Below are positions 1-10,172 of a DNA stretch of 64,000 nucleotides, in pieces. The DNA is from an uncultured bacterium (GTDB taxonomy: Bacteria; Verrucomicrobiota; Verrucomicrobiia; Verrucomicrobiales; DEV007), in NCBI GenBank assembly GCA_963977015.1, contig CAXBMO010000023.1, positions 34,205 to 98,204 of the forward strand, read 5' to 3'. The number at the start of each line of letters is the position of its first letter. Position 1 is the stretch's first letter. The notes below the pieces were generated by a model that made no database searches, was not told the DNA's origin, and was given only the letters and a program-made list of their open reading frames with translations. The translations under genes were made by a program, and so were the position numbers.

Positions 1-8
1 GAACTATC

Positions 9-836
9 TTGAGTTCCTGGAAGAAACAGAACGAGCCTGATTCGGGCGGTCTTGAAGGTGAAGAGCATCTCGCTCTTCAGTCAGCGTTTTTTGCATCAAT
101 GAAAGAACCCCAGGCCATTCGACGATTGTTCGAATACCTCCCTGGTGTTTGTTTCTTTGTCAAAGATCGCGAGAGCCGGTTGATCGCCGGGAACCAATTG
201 CTGCTGGACCGGTTGGGGTTGAAGTCGGAAGCCGAACTCATCGGCACCTGTGATGCTGATCACTTTCCACCGGAAGTTTGCGCGGCTATCGTGAACGACG
301 ACCAACAGGTCTTCCAATCCGGACAACCAATTGTTGGCCGCGTAGAGTTGGGATACAACGCACGGCGGATTCTGGATTGGTACACAACGACCAAGTTACC
401 CATCCTTGGTCAGGACGACGAAGTGATTGGGCTATGTGGCTTTACCCGGCTTTATGAGAAGGCCAGCCTTCCCGGCCCGGCTTCAGGCTACGCTGGTCTG
501 GAAGAATCCGTTGACTTGATTCGGCGAAACCCGAACCGGCGGGTCAATTCCGAAGAAATGGCCAAAGCGGCGGGAATATCCGTCAGTCAACTGAGGCGCA
601 GATTCCGGCAGACTTTTGGAATGACGCCGCGGGAGTTTGAGCAAGTCTCGCGCATCCAAGGCGCGAGTCAGGCCTTGATTGAGAGCGATTCGACGATTGC
701 GGAGATCGCGGTCGACTTCGGGTTCTACGATCAGAGTGCCTTCTCCGTACAATTTCGCAAGCACACTGGCTATACCCCTGGAGAATACCGGCAGTTACGC
801 ACTCAAACGCACAACGCCATACTCCAAAACCACTAA
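9..836 (+). CDS. AraC-family transcriptional regulator with N-terminal PAS domain
   Basis: PAS-like segment (FFVKDRESRLIAGN...GTCDADHFP...DDQQVF) and C-terminal AraC double HTH (MAKAAGISVSQLRRRF...IAVDFGFYDQSAFSVQFRKHTGYTPGEYR). The TTG start sits at the window edge and is uncertain. Confidence 0.92.
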   Translation: MSSWKKQNEPDSGGLEGEEHLALQSAFFASMKEPQAIRRLFEYLPGVCFFVKDRESRLIAGNQLLLDRLGLKSEAELIGTCDADHFPPEVCAAIVNDDQQVFQSGQPIVGRVELGYNARRILDWYTTTKLPILGQDDEVIGLCGFTRLYEKASLPGPASGYAGLEESVDLIRRNPNRRVNSEEMAKAAGISVSQLRRRFRQTFGMTPREFEQVSRIQGASQALIESDSTIAEIAVDFGFYDQSAFSVQFRKHTGYTPGEYRQLRTQTHNAILQNH

Positions 837-848
837 GCTCAGCCAGAG

Positions 849-886
849 TGGTCGATTTTTAATAAACTTTGTTCGTACGCTCCAAG
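849..886 (+). promoter_or_regulatory. Possible tandem AraC-type half-sites upstream of the giant-protein leader
   Basis: TGGTCG at 849 and TGTTCG at 870 are 21 bp apart, the period typical of AraC/XylS direct-repeat sites, and lie just after the AraC gene. Confidence 0.25.
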
Positions 887-1487
887 ATTCCCGCTCCGGA
901 ACGTGGTGCAGTAGGAAAGATATTGGGAACCCTCACCCATTTTCTGAACGTGGATTTTAAACCCCTCATCATGATTTCTGAAGCTCCGGAGCCAGTGCGA
1001 ATTTTCGCGGAGGCACCCGAGAAGGGCTTGGTGATGGCCACGGAGGCTCCTGAGGGGGCTTACAATTCAACGGTAGACCAAATTTTCAAGGTTGCCATTC
1101 CTTCGCGGGAATTGGTAGCGCACCCAGCCGGAGTTAAGGGGTTTTCTTCGCGCTGGGTGTTATTTTCCTGGTTGGTTGACGGGAAGCGGTTGGCAGGTAA
1201 GCCAAGCCGCTCCTCCCTCAAACAAGAGGCACGGCAAACCCCGGAACGGTCATTGGAACCCGGCTTCCTCGCCGCCGTTTGCCAGCAACTCAGTTACGTG
1301 AATCTCTTTGGCGATCGTTCCCCCAGCCATGGCTGTTTCGAGTCCGACTCTTCTCTTTTCCTGGCACTCCCAAACCGGACGAACCGCGAACTTTGGAGCT
1401 GTATAGCAGCCGACCGAGTCGCGGCCTTTTTATGCCCGGTTTTCCCCATTCACTCATTTTAAGAATCCTTCCCACCCCAGACTGACG

Positions 1488-4400
1488 ATGACGAACCAAC
1501 CCGAATCCCCCAAGAAGAAACGTAGTCTTTTGACGCGTCTTTTTGGTCAGAACGAGATTGATGCAGCTTCCGGCAACGGCAAACGCAAGTTGATGTTCGA
1601 GACGCTGGAGGCACGTGTTTTGTATTCCGCTGCACCAGTGGACGGAGGCGTTGAAGCCGAAGCGCCGGAATCCTCTCCCGCAGCTGAGGCGGAACACGTT
1701 GCCACGGTAACCCCGACGGACCCAAATGCCGAGACGCAGCAATCTGCGGAGGGGACGTTGACACCGGAACCGGTGCGTGACGAAGAAGGTGTTGATCAGG
1801 TCTTCGCATCGCCGGACGAGATCCCCACGGATTCCTCTGCCGAGGTGGCCGATGCTCCGGCGGACGATTCCGTGCTGACCTCGGAGGACTTGAGCCCGCT
1901 GATTGAGGAGGCCATCGCGCGTTGGACCGAAACCGGGTTGACCGAGGAGCAGGCAGCCGCGCTGTTGAACGTGACCTACGAAGTCGTGGACTTGGAAAGC
2001 AATGCCCTTGGCGTCACCGACGGCTTCGTGATCCGGATTGACGACGATGCGGCGGGAAGCGGGTGGTTCCTCGATGAAACACCGACCTTGGATGAGGAGT
2101 TTCAGTTCGTCTCGGGCACGGAAACGCAGATGGTCGCGGAAATGGATTCGCTGGCGGAAGACCGGTTCGATTTGCTCACGGTGTTGATGCACGAACAGGG
2201 GCACATTCTGGGCCTGGCCGATGCAACGTCCGATCAGTTCGCCAATTTGATGTCGGGCATTCTTGAAGCTGGGGAACGTCTCACGCCGGCGGAAGCTCAG
2301 GCCGAAGGCGCCACGGCCGGCAGTTTGGAAGGCGAGCGCTTTGCCTTAACCACTTCCACCATCTCAGGTGGCACGCTTTCCATCGTCGGTGATGGGGCGG
2401 ACGATGCAGTGATCCTTCAGCTCAACGGGGCAAACTACGAAATCAGCACGGATGGAGGAGCGAATTTTACGACCGTGACGAGCGATGGCAGTCCTGTGGC
2501 GAATATCTCGATCGACTTGGGTGGCGGCAACGATAGCGTCATCATCGATAGCGACATCGATGTGACGGGAACGGTCACGATCACCTCCACGTTGATCACC
2601 CTCAATGGTGAGGTCGCCTCCGATGGGGATCAGGACTACAGCGGTCGGGTTAGGCTGGGGGCCAATGGAAGTATCGACGCGGGCGGCACGCTCACGACAT
2701 CATCAACTCCTTCCCGTGTTTTGGTCGGTTATGACTTCGATAATGGAGGTTCTACCCTTGATGAGCAACGGGCGGCAACAGTCACCGACGCAAACGTTTC
2801 AGCAAGTTTGTTTGATACGGGTGCAGGACTAATTACCCGTGTCGATTCATCCGCAAACAGTGCTTCAGGAGCCAATGATGCGGAGGGCTTTGCGTTCGGC
2901 ACCGCCAATGATTTTTCCTTCGGTGGTGCTCAGAGCAACTTTGGTTTCGCGGACCAAGGCAATGGAGATAACTTGGATAGTGGTACCAGGAATGCGGTGG
3001 CGCAAGATGACTACATGACCTTTAGTGTCACTCCTGCGCCCGGCAATCAGATGAACCTGACAAGCTTCTCCTTCCTGACGCGTGTCAATACCACTGGCAA
3101 TTCGGCGGAGAGATGGGCGCTCTTTGCGTCAACGGATGGATTTGCAACCGCTCCTGCCACCGGGAATGCCATCGCCATCGGACAAACGACCACCGTGACT
3201 ACCTTTGTTTCGAACGTGGTGGATTTGAGCGCTGCTGAATTTCAAGGGATTACCTCGGAGATTGAATTTCGTCTCTACATCTATGGGGGAAATAATAGCA
3301 GTAGTTCCGCAACGCAGTTTGATAAGGTAATCCTCAACGGGAATACCAGCTCCTTGAACAACGCCCCAGTCGCCACCAACGACACCGCAACGGTTACTGA
3401 GGCTGGTGGCTACCAAAACAACATCGCCGGGAGCGATGCGTCGGGCAATGTCATCACGGATGCGACCGCTGACAGCGATGCGGATGCTGGCGATACGCTT
3501 TCCATCACGGAGATCGATAGTAACCCGGTAGCAGCGAACACCACCAGCGTCGATGGAACCCTGGTAGCCGGAACTTATGGCAGCCTGCGAATTGGCGCGG
3601 ATGGATCGTGGACCTATACCGTCGATCAATCGGATGCCGATACCGAGGCGCTGGCGACGGGCGATTCTCCGACCGAAGTTTTCACCTATACCCTCAGCGA
3701 CGGAACCGACACGGCAACGGCAACCTTGACCGTAACCGTGAATGGTGCTGATGACGCCGTGAGCGGGATTCTCTACGTCGATGGCAGTTGGAGTGGATTG
3801 AACGCGGGTGACCGGATTGAGGATGCCGATGCGGGAACGACCGGGGACCAGTTGGCGTTTTTCAATGGCAATGCCTTCGCCACAATTGGAGACGCGATCG
3901 CAAATGCGGGGACCGGAGACACTATTGTGGTAAACGCTGGAACCTACGATGAGACGGTGGTTCTGAATGATGGCAAAACCCTCGAAATCACCGGCCCGAA
4001 TGTGGATCAGGCGGTCACGGTTACCGAGTTGTCCAGCGACGTCGGAACCACGATCACGATCGAAGGCGGGTCCACGTTGACCTTTGCCAATACCACAGAG
4101 CAAACGATTGCTGGAACCGTCGAAGGCTCCGGAAGTTTGGTGGCGAGCAATACCGCCAACCTCTTCTTGAGTGGCGCAAATACTTACGCTGGTGGAACGA
4201 CGCTGACGGACGGTTCCCAGTTAACGGCCTCCAACACGAGCGCACTTGGCTCAGGAACCGCCACCTTAACCGGCACTGGTGTCTCGCTGATTTTTGGCGT
4301 GGACGGTACGTTCGCCAATGCGATTGAAACCCTTGACAACGGCGATGACAAATCCATCACCGCAGCTTCTGGAACGAACGTGGTATTGACGGGTGACATC

Positions 4401-7400
4401 AATCTGAACGATGGATCTGCCCCTCATAATCGGTTCGCGGTGGAGGCCGACGCAACCCTGTTAGTCAATGGGCTCATCACTGCTGGTTCAGGGTTTAACC
4501 AAATCTCAGGCAATTCGGCTTCAGAACTGATCTTGACGAACGCATCGAACGCGATCGGCGGGACGATCAATATAGAAGCTGATGGCAGACTTGTGGTGAG
4601 AAATAGTGGTGCTGCAGGGACTGCCGAGATTCGCATTGATGCCTTGAATGCGACTTTGGTTTTGGGGGATGGGGTGGACCTTGCGAATACCGTTGAGTTT
4701 GGCCAAGATGAGACCACCAAATTTATCAGGCTCGAAGATGGGGCGACATCCGCGACGATTTCCGGCACCTTCCAGATCTTCGAAAGCAATGTGAATTCGA
4801 ACCGAATCGTCTTGGAAACAGGGCAAACCCTGGAGATTTCGGGTCCCGTCACACGAGTCAACAGCGGCCGCGTTTTGAATTTGTTCGGCGATGGGACTCT
4901 CATCCTTAGCAATTCATCGATTGCGATTAATGAGGAAATTGATGTGAGATCTGGGACGTTGATCCTGAATGGAACCCAATTGGACTTCGGGCTAACGGTT
5001 TATGTGCGAACAGGTGCAACCCTGGGTGGAACCGGCTCCATTCAAGGCACCGGATCGAACGGAAACGCGACGATTTTAGGGACATTACTGGGTGACACGA
5101 CCGCTCTGGACGGGACGGGAACCCTGACCATCAACACGGGAGCTACGCTCGATTTAACCAGCGCCGACGTTTCTTCGGATGCTGCCAGCTACAGCCTGGC
5201 GACATTCTCCAGTGTCGTCGGAACGTTTGATAACGTTGTCGGACTTCCCAGCGGTTATGAAGTGGAATACACCGCCACGGGCGTCAATCTTGTGAAGAGC
5301 AACCAGGCTCCAACCATTACCAGTTCCGACACCGTCAACTTTGCCGAGAACGGCGTGGGAACGGTTATTGATGTCCAGTCCACCGATACCGAAGGTTCCA
5401 CTGAGGGAGCGGGATTGACCTATACGATTTCCGGCGGCGCGGATTCGGCTCGTTTCGATATCGATGCCAACACCGGCGTGTTGACCTTCAAGAGCGCACC
5501 GGATTTTGAGGCTCCGTCCGATGCGAATACCGACAATGATTACCTGGTCCAGATCACGGTGACCGATGACGGTGGTTTGACCGATGTGCAGGATCTCACG
5601 GTTTCAGTGACCAATCTTGACGAGGCTCCAAGTATCACCAGTGGCGCCACCGCCAACTTTGCCGAGAATGGAACGGGCACGGTCATAGACGTCGAATCAA
5701 CCGATCCGGAAGGCTCAACCGAAGGATCTGGACTGACTTACTCGATTTCCGGCGGTGCCGATTCGGCTCTCTTCGGCATCGACGCCAACACTGGCGAGTT
5801 GACCTTCAACAGCGCACCGGATTTTGAGGTTCCGGCAGATTCCGGCTCCGACAATGTCTACAACGTTCAGGTTCAGGTTTCGGACGGCACGAACGACGTC
5901 ACTCAGGACATCGCGGTGACGGTTACGAATGTTGACGAAGCTCCGAGCATCACCAGTGGCGCCACCGCCAACTTTGCGGAGAATGGCACGGGCACGGTCA
6001 TTGATGTTCAGTCCACCGATCCGGAAGGCTCAACCGAAGGATCTGGATTGACTTACTCGATTTCCGGCGGTGCCGATTCGGCTCTCTTTGGCATCGACGC
6101 CAATACCGGCGAACTGACCTTCAACAGCGCACCGGATTTTGAGGTTCCGGCAGATTCCGGCTCCGACAATGTCTACAACGTTCAGGTTCAGGTTTCGGAC
6201 GGCACGAACGACGTCACTCAGGACATGGCGGTGACGGTCACGAATGTCAACGAAGCTCCGGTGAACACGGTGCCGGGCGCCCAAAGCGTCAATGAAGATA
6301 CCGCCTTGGCGATCGGCGGCGTGAGCGTGAATGATGTGGATGGCAATCTGGCTGCCATGCAGGTATCGGTGACCAATGGAACGTTGAGCGTGACCTTGAG
6401 CGGAGCTGCCACGATCAGCGCGGGAGCCAACAACAGTGCTACGGTTACGATCAGTGGTAGTGAAACGGACATCAACGCGACTCTGGCGAGCCTGAGCTAC
6501 CAAGGTAACTTGGACTTTGCGGGCAACGACACCCTCAGCCTAGTTTCTACCGACAGTGGCGGGACTCCGCTGAGCGACACCGACGCGGTGGCGATTACGG
6601 TGAACCCAGTCAATGATGCACCAGTGCTCACGGGGGACCTGGTAGCAAATATCCAGGGTGGTTCCACCTACACCATCTCGGCGTCCGATCTGGGCTATTC
6701 CGATCCGGACGATATCGATGCGGGGGTGACTTTCACCGCGGGCAGTGCGGTAAACGGCAAAATCCAGGTTGGTGGCGTCGATGCCAATAGCTTCACTGGC
6801 ACGCAACTGGCTGCGGGAGATGTCACCTTTGTTCACGACGGAACTCAGGCAAACAGCGCCTCGTTTACAGTCAATGTTGAAGACGGAAACGAAGACGGCA
6901 GCCCGCCAACCAACAGCACTTTCAACTTTGTGGTGACTCCGGCTTCGTCCGTTGTTTTGGCTGGCTATGATTTCACGACGGATAACACGGCGACGACGGC
7001 AGATGGAGTCAGCGCCTCCGCCGTTACCGGGGCTGGAGGATTCTCCAATGCCGGTGTTGTCGGATCAATTGGCGACACGACTCAGGAGGCTGCCAGTGGA
7101 ACACCCTTTGGCTCTTCCTCGACCGGAAGTTATGGCGACACCAATGATGGAATTGATGGCAACAATCTCGCTCAAGCCATTACTGGTCAGGACTACATCA
7201 CTGTCACCATCACTGCGGAGTCTGGAAACACCCTCACCGTGACGGGATTTTCCGTCGATACGGCTCGCGCTGGTGGCAGGTCTCCGGAAAGCTACAACAT
7301 TCTGGCGCAGGTGAATGGCGGCACGACATGGGATGCTTCAGGTGCCTTGACGACAAACCAGGAAACCTTGATCTCTCAAGCGACCACGGACTGGCATGAC

Positions 7401-8492
7401 ACCTTTATCGATCTATCCGGGGATCCTACGTTCCAGGAGATACAGTCGGTCGAGTTCCGGATCTATTTCTGGGGCGCTAGCGGATCTACCAACAGTTCGC
7501 GAATCAACATTGACCAGTTGGTGGTTGAAGGAACGGTCAATCCGATCAACACCGGCGGTGAAACGACAACTTCGCCGACTGTGGTGAAGACCGAGACCGA
7601 TGCAGGGACGGTTACCGGCTCTCAAAACGTGGCGAAGGCGTTGGACCCGCAAGGTGCCGTGGGTAACGCGTTGAGCGCGCTAGATTCATTGGTTTCGCTC
7701 TTCAACTCCTTCCAGTCCAACGCGGGTGATTTCTCGGGGCGCGCCAACCAGGTTTCGTCCGGAATTTTCATCTTCAGCATCACACCGCTCTTCGCTGACG
7801 ACGGAACCCTCCAGGACGGATTCGTGAGTCTCGGGTTTACGGGGACCTCTCAATCCGGCAACGAAATATCGATCACAGGGCAATTCAACCCGCTATCCAC
7901 GGTCAACAATGGCTTCAATTTCCAGGGACTCGACGGCACTCCGATGACGGTGGTGGAAGTTTATCAGGCATTGCTCCGTCCGGTGTATAATGAAGAATAT
8001 GCGTTTGGCGGACCGCTGGAAGGTGATGACGAAGAACGAGATCGCTACACCTACGTCCCGACCGCTTCGGAAACTGAAGAGGTTCTGGCTGCCACCGAAG
8101 CGAATCCGGAATCGCAAACAGACTTCAGCAATCTCCTCGACGCAGTTCAGTCGACAGAAGCATCCTCGATTTTTGCAGGAGTGCAGGTTGGCGAGACGTT
8201 CGAGGATTTGGTTCCCGTGTTGGCCGGCTCAGGCATCCCTGGAGAGGAGTTGATCCTTCGTGTGAACGGCAACCGGTATCACGTAATCGTGGATGAGCAT
8301 GGAAATTGGATGAATCTCTTTCCTGACGAGAAACTTCCTCCGGGTTCGCGGGTTGAAGTTGCGTCGGCCCACGCCTCCGAAGGCGCAAGGGTCTATGAAG
8401 TCGATTCCTTTGACACCGAAAACGTGTTGGAACAGGACGGCGATGTGAAATCCGGCGACATGCTGGGACAGATCGTTGACGCGGTATCCTGA
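1488..8492 (+). CDS. Giant surface/adhesin-like protein (LEPR-XLL-type N-terminus, HExxH motif, VCBS/Ig-like repeat, autotransporter-associated beta-strand repeat, cadherin repeats)
   Basis: 2334-aa acidic, T/G/S/D-rich ORF. Motifs: FETLEARVLYSA (LEPRxLL variant), DLLTVLMHEQGHILGL, NNAPVATNDT...GTYGSLRIGADGSWTY (VCBS-like), LSGANTYAGGTTL, and three APxITS...FxIDANTGxLTF...PDFE repeats. Confidence 0.88.
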   Translation: MTNQPESPKKKRSLLTRLFGQNEIDAASGNGKRKLMFETLEARVLYSAAPVDGGVEAEAPESSPAAEAEHVATVTPTDPNAETQQSAEGTLTPEPVRDEEGVDQVFASPDEIPTDSSAEVADAPADDSVLTSEDLSPLIEEAIARWTETGLTEEQAAALLNVTYEVVDLESNALGVTDGFVIRIDDDAAGSGWFLDETPTLDEEFQFVSGTETQMVAEMDSLAEDRFDLLTVLMHEQGHILGLADATSDQFANLMSGILEAGERLTPAEAQAEGATAGSLEGERFALTTSTISGGTLSIVGDGADDAVILQLNGANYEISTDGGANFTTVTSDGSPVANISIDLGGGNDSVIIDSDIDVTGTVTITSTLITLNGEVASDGDQDYSGRVRLGANGSIDAGGTLTTSSTPSRVLVGYDFDNGGSTLDEQRAATVTDANVSASLFDTGAGLITRVDSSANSASGANDAEGFAFGTANDFSFGGAQSNFGFADQGNGDNLDSGTRNAVAQDDYMTFSVTPAPGNQMNLTSFSFLTRVNTTGNSAERWALFASTDGFATAPATGNAIAIGQTTTVTTFVSNVVDLSAAEFQGITSEIEFRLYIYGGNNSSSSATQFDKVILNGNTSSLNNAPVATNDTATVTEAGGYQNNIAGSDASGNVITDATADSDADAGDTLSITEIDSNPVAANTTSVDGTLVAGTYGSLRIGADGSWTYTVDQSDADTEALATGDSPTEVFTYTLSDGTDTATATLTVTVNGADDAVSGILYVDGSWSGLNAGDRIEDADAGTTGDQLAFFNGNAFATIGDAIANAGTGDTIVVNAGTYDETVVLNDGKTLEITGPNVDQAVTVTELSSDVGTTITIEGGSTLTFANTTEQTIAGTVEGSGSLVASNTANLFLSGANTYAGGTTLTDGSQLTASNTSALGSGTATLTGTGVSLIFGVDGTFANAIETLDNGDDKSITAASGTNVVLTGDINLNDGSAPHNRFAVEADATLLVNGLITAGSGFNQISGNSASELILTNASNAIGGTINIEADGRLVVRNSGAAGTAEIRIDALNATLVLGDGVDLANTVEFGQDETTKFIRLEDGATSATISGTFQIFESNVNSNRIVLETGQTLEISGPVTRVNSGRVLNLFGDGTLILSNSSIAINEEIDVRSGTLILNGTQLDFGLTVYVRTGATLGGTGSIQGTGSNGNATILGTLLGDTTALDGTGTLTINTGATLDLTSADVSSDAASYSLATFSSVVGTFDNVVGLPSGYEVEYTATGVNLVKSNQAPTITSSDTVNFAENGVGTVIDVQSTDTEGSTEGAGLTYTISGGADSARFDIDANTGVLTFKSAPDFEAPSDANTDNDYLVQITVTDDGGLTDVQDLTVSVTNLDEAPSITSGATANFAENGTGTVIDVESTDPEGSTEGSGLTYSISGGADSALFGIDANTGELTFNSAPDFEVPADSGSDNVYNVQVQVSDGTNDVTQDIAVTVTNVDEAPSITSGATANFAENGTGTVIDVQSTDPEGSTEGSGLTYSISGGADSALFGIDANTGELTFNSAPDFEVPADSGSDNVYNVQVQVSDGTNDVTQDMAVTVTNVNEAPVNTVPGAQSVNEDTALAIGGVSVNDVDGNLAAMQVSVTNGTLSVTLSGAATISAGANNSATVTISGSETDINATLASLSYQGNLDFAGNDTLSLVSTDSGGTPLSDTDAVAITVNPVNDAPVLTGDLVANIQGGSTYTISASDLGYSDPDDIDAGVTFTAGSAVNGKIQVGGVDANSFTGTQLAAGDVTFVHDGTQANSASFTVNVEDGNEDGSPPTNSTFNFVVTPASSVVLAGYDFTTDNTATTADGVSASAVTGAGGFSNAGVVGSIGDTTQEAASGTPFGSSSTGSYGDTNDGIDGNNLAQAITGQDYITVTITAESGNTLTVTGFSVDTARAGGRSPESYNILAQVNGGTTWDASGALTTNQETLISQATTDWHDTFIDLSGDPTFQEIQSVEFRIYFWGASGSTNSSRINIDQLVVEGTVNPINTGGETTTSPTVVKTETDAGTVTGSQNVAKALDPQGAVGNALSALDSLVSLFNSFQSNAGDFSGRANQVSSGIFIFSITPLFADDGTLQDGFVSLGFTGTSQSGNEISITGQFNPLSTVNNGFNFQGLDGTPMTVVEVYQALLRPVYNEEYAFGGPLEGDDEERDRYTYVPTASETEEVLAATEANPESQTDFSNLLDAVQSTEASSIFAGVQVGETFEDLVPVLAGSGIPGEELILRVNGNRYHVIVDEHGNWMNLFPDEKLPPGSRVEVASAHASEGARVYEVDSFDTENVLEQDGDVKSGDMLGQIVDAVS
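5304..6251 (+). repeat. Three tandem cadherin-domain coding repeats (318, 315 and 315 bp)
   Basis: Units start at 5304, 5622 and 5937. Units 2 and 3 are nearly identical at the DNA level. Confidence 0.92.
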
Positions 8493-8961
8493 GTTACTGC
8501 CCGCCCATTTCCCGGCGCAACCTGATTGGCACCCAAGGGTTCCAGTTGTGGACCTCTGCATTGCGTGTGAATCGGCCAATGAACCATTTTGCCAAGATGA
8601 AAGATGAACCCGGCGTTTACCCGCAAAGTCGCAGTTGCGAACGTTTCGCCACGCTGAAATCCAGCGGTCAGCCGACGGATCGGGCTCTGTGGAAGAAGGT
8701 GACATCAAAGGCTGGAGTCTGTTCTCCACCAGTTGGGAAGAGAAAACGCTGGATTTTGGAAGATTGTATTTATTTTGTATTTACCGACATTGTGAATCCA
8801 GATGTGGATTTTGACTATGGAAGAACCCCGCTTGCGCCTGTTAGCATTCATGCATGAACGGAGGAATTTACGCCCTTTATCAAGAACGAAGCATCGAACT
8901 CCGTTGCTGTGAATCGATTGATTCAGTGGGGCCACAAAGTCAGGCTCGATCCTAATGCCAA

Positions 8962-9663
8962 ATGGAATTTAAGAATCAGCAACCAATCTCCAACCGGGAC
9001 TTTCGGAAAGCCGGCCGTGGCTTTTCGTTGGTCGAGATGTTGGTGGTCGTTGCGGTGATTGGCATGTTGCTGGCGTTGAGCGCGCCCTCGATTCTGACGC
9101 TGACGTCGACTTCGCTCACTACCGGCGCATGGCAGCTGAACGGGTATTTGAACCTGGCCCGGGCCGAGGCGATTCGCGATGGACGGGTGGTCCGGGTGGC
9201 CTTGGTTCGCAACTGGGACAACGAACAGCACTCCGCACTGCGAAAGTTGAGCACCTGGAAGTGGGATGACGAGGCGGAAGTGTTCGTGCAGAGTGGCGGA
9301 TGGGAGATCCTGCCGGAGGGAGTGGTGATCGAGCCGGAATTTCCGGACTACGTGCGAAGCGCGGACTATGCCAAAGATGACGCGACCACGGTGCAGGCGC
9401 AGTTTCCGGAGCGGGACGAAACCTTGAGTATCTCCGGCGACACCGTGGAGGTGACCACGCTGGACTTCCTGCCAAACGGGCGAGTCCGGGAGTCAGGGGA
9501 GATTCCCAAGCGGATGATCGGTTTTGTCATGACGCTGGGCTACGTTGACGAACAGGGAAACGTGGTCCGGACCGCGTCCCGGGATGACTCGGGCCAACCG
9601 GCCAACTGGGCGCAGGTGAACGTCGATACCCTAACCGGGAGGATTCAGGTTCACCGGCCATGA
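8962..9663 (+). CDS. Verru_Chthon cassette protein D-like (prepilin-type, FimT/GspH-like)
   Basis: Class III signal RG|FSLVEMLVVVAVI, then LNLARAEAI, and a C-terminal NWAQVNVDTLTGRI. Confidence 0.8.
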   Translation: MEFKNQQPISNRDFRKAGRGFSLVEMLVVVAVIGMLLALSAPSILTLTSTSLTTGAWQLNGYLNLARAEAIRDGRVVRVALVRNWDNEQHSALRKLSTWKWDDEAEVFVQSGGWEILPEGVVIEPEFPDYVRSADYAKDDATTVQAQFPERDETLSISGDTVEVTTLDFLPNGRVRESGEIPKRMIGFVMTLGYVDEQGNVVRTASRDDSGQPANWAQVNVDTLTGRIQVHRP

Positions 9664-10172
9664 AGCGGCGCGCCTTTTCCCTCATCGAAGTGACGGTCGC
9701 GATCGCGTTGGCGGCGGTCTTGATCACTGCGGTCCTCGCCATCCTGCCCCAGGGGATGCAGGCGGCGCGCAATGCCGAGATTCGCACGCTGGCCGGGATG
9801 ATTCTGGAAGACGTCCGCGATCGGCTGGAGGGGCAGAGCCTGGAGGAAGGGGTTCCGCCGATTTCGCCGCTGTTTTACGACGAGAGCGGCCGGATCGTGG
9901 AAAGCGATGCGGCCGAAGACCGCCACGCAGAACGATTTTACCGGGTCGACCTGCAGATCGTAAAACCGGCGGGCGAGCAACTGCCGACCAATGCCGGAGG
10001 GCTGATGGCAGCGATGGTGGAGTTGGGGTGGCCGGTCGATGAAGCATCGGCGGAAGGCGAATTGTTGGGGGAGCGCCCGTCAACGCTGACGCAGACCTTT
10101 CTCGTTACCACGCTGACGGGACCGGATTGGGAGGAAATCGACGCCAACTACGAACCCAAAATCGAGTTCTAA
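9660..10172 (+). CDS. Verru_Chthon cassette protein B-like (prepilin-type)
   Basis: RRA|FSLIEVTVAIAL...ILPQGMQAARNA, plus LFYDESG. ATGA overlap with the upstream gene. Confidence 0.8.
   Translation: MKRRAFSLIEVTVAIALAAVLITAVLAILPQGMQAARNAEIRTLAGMILEDVRDRLEGQSLEEGVPPISPLFYDESGRIVESDAAEDRHAERFYRVDLQIVKPAGEQLPTNAGGLMAAMVELGWPVDEASAEGELLGERPSTLTQTFLVTTLTGPDWEEIDANYEPKIEF

Noticed and set aside
1224-1275. GGCAAACC segment resembling a cyclic di-GMP-I riboswitch
   Set aside because: The following GAAA tetraloop stem and the GACGCAAAGC core are absent.
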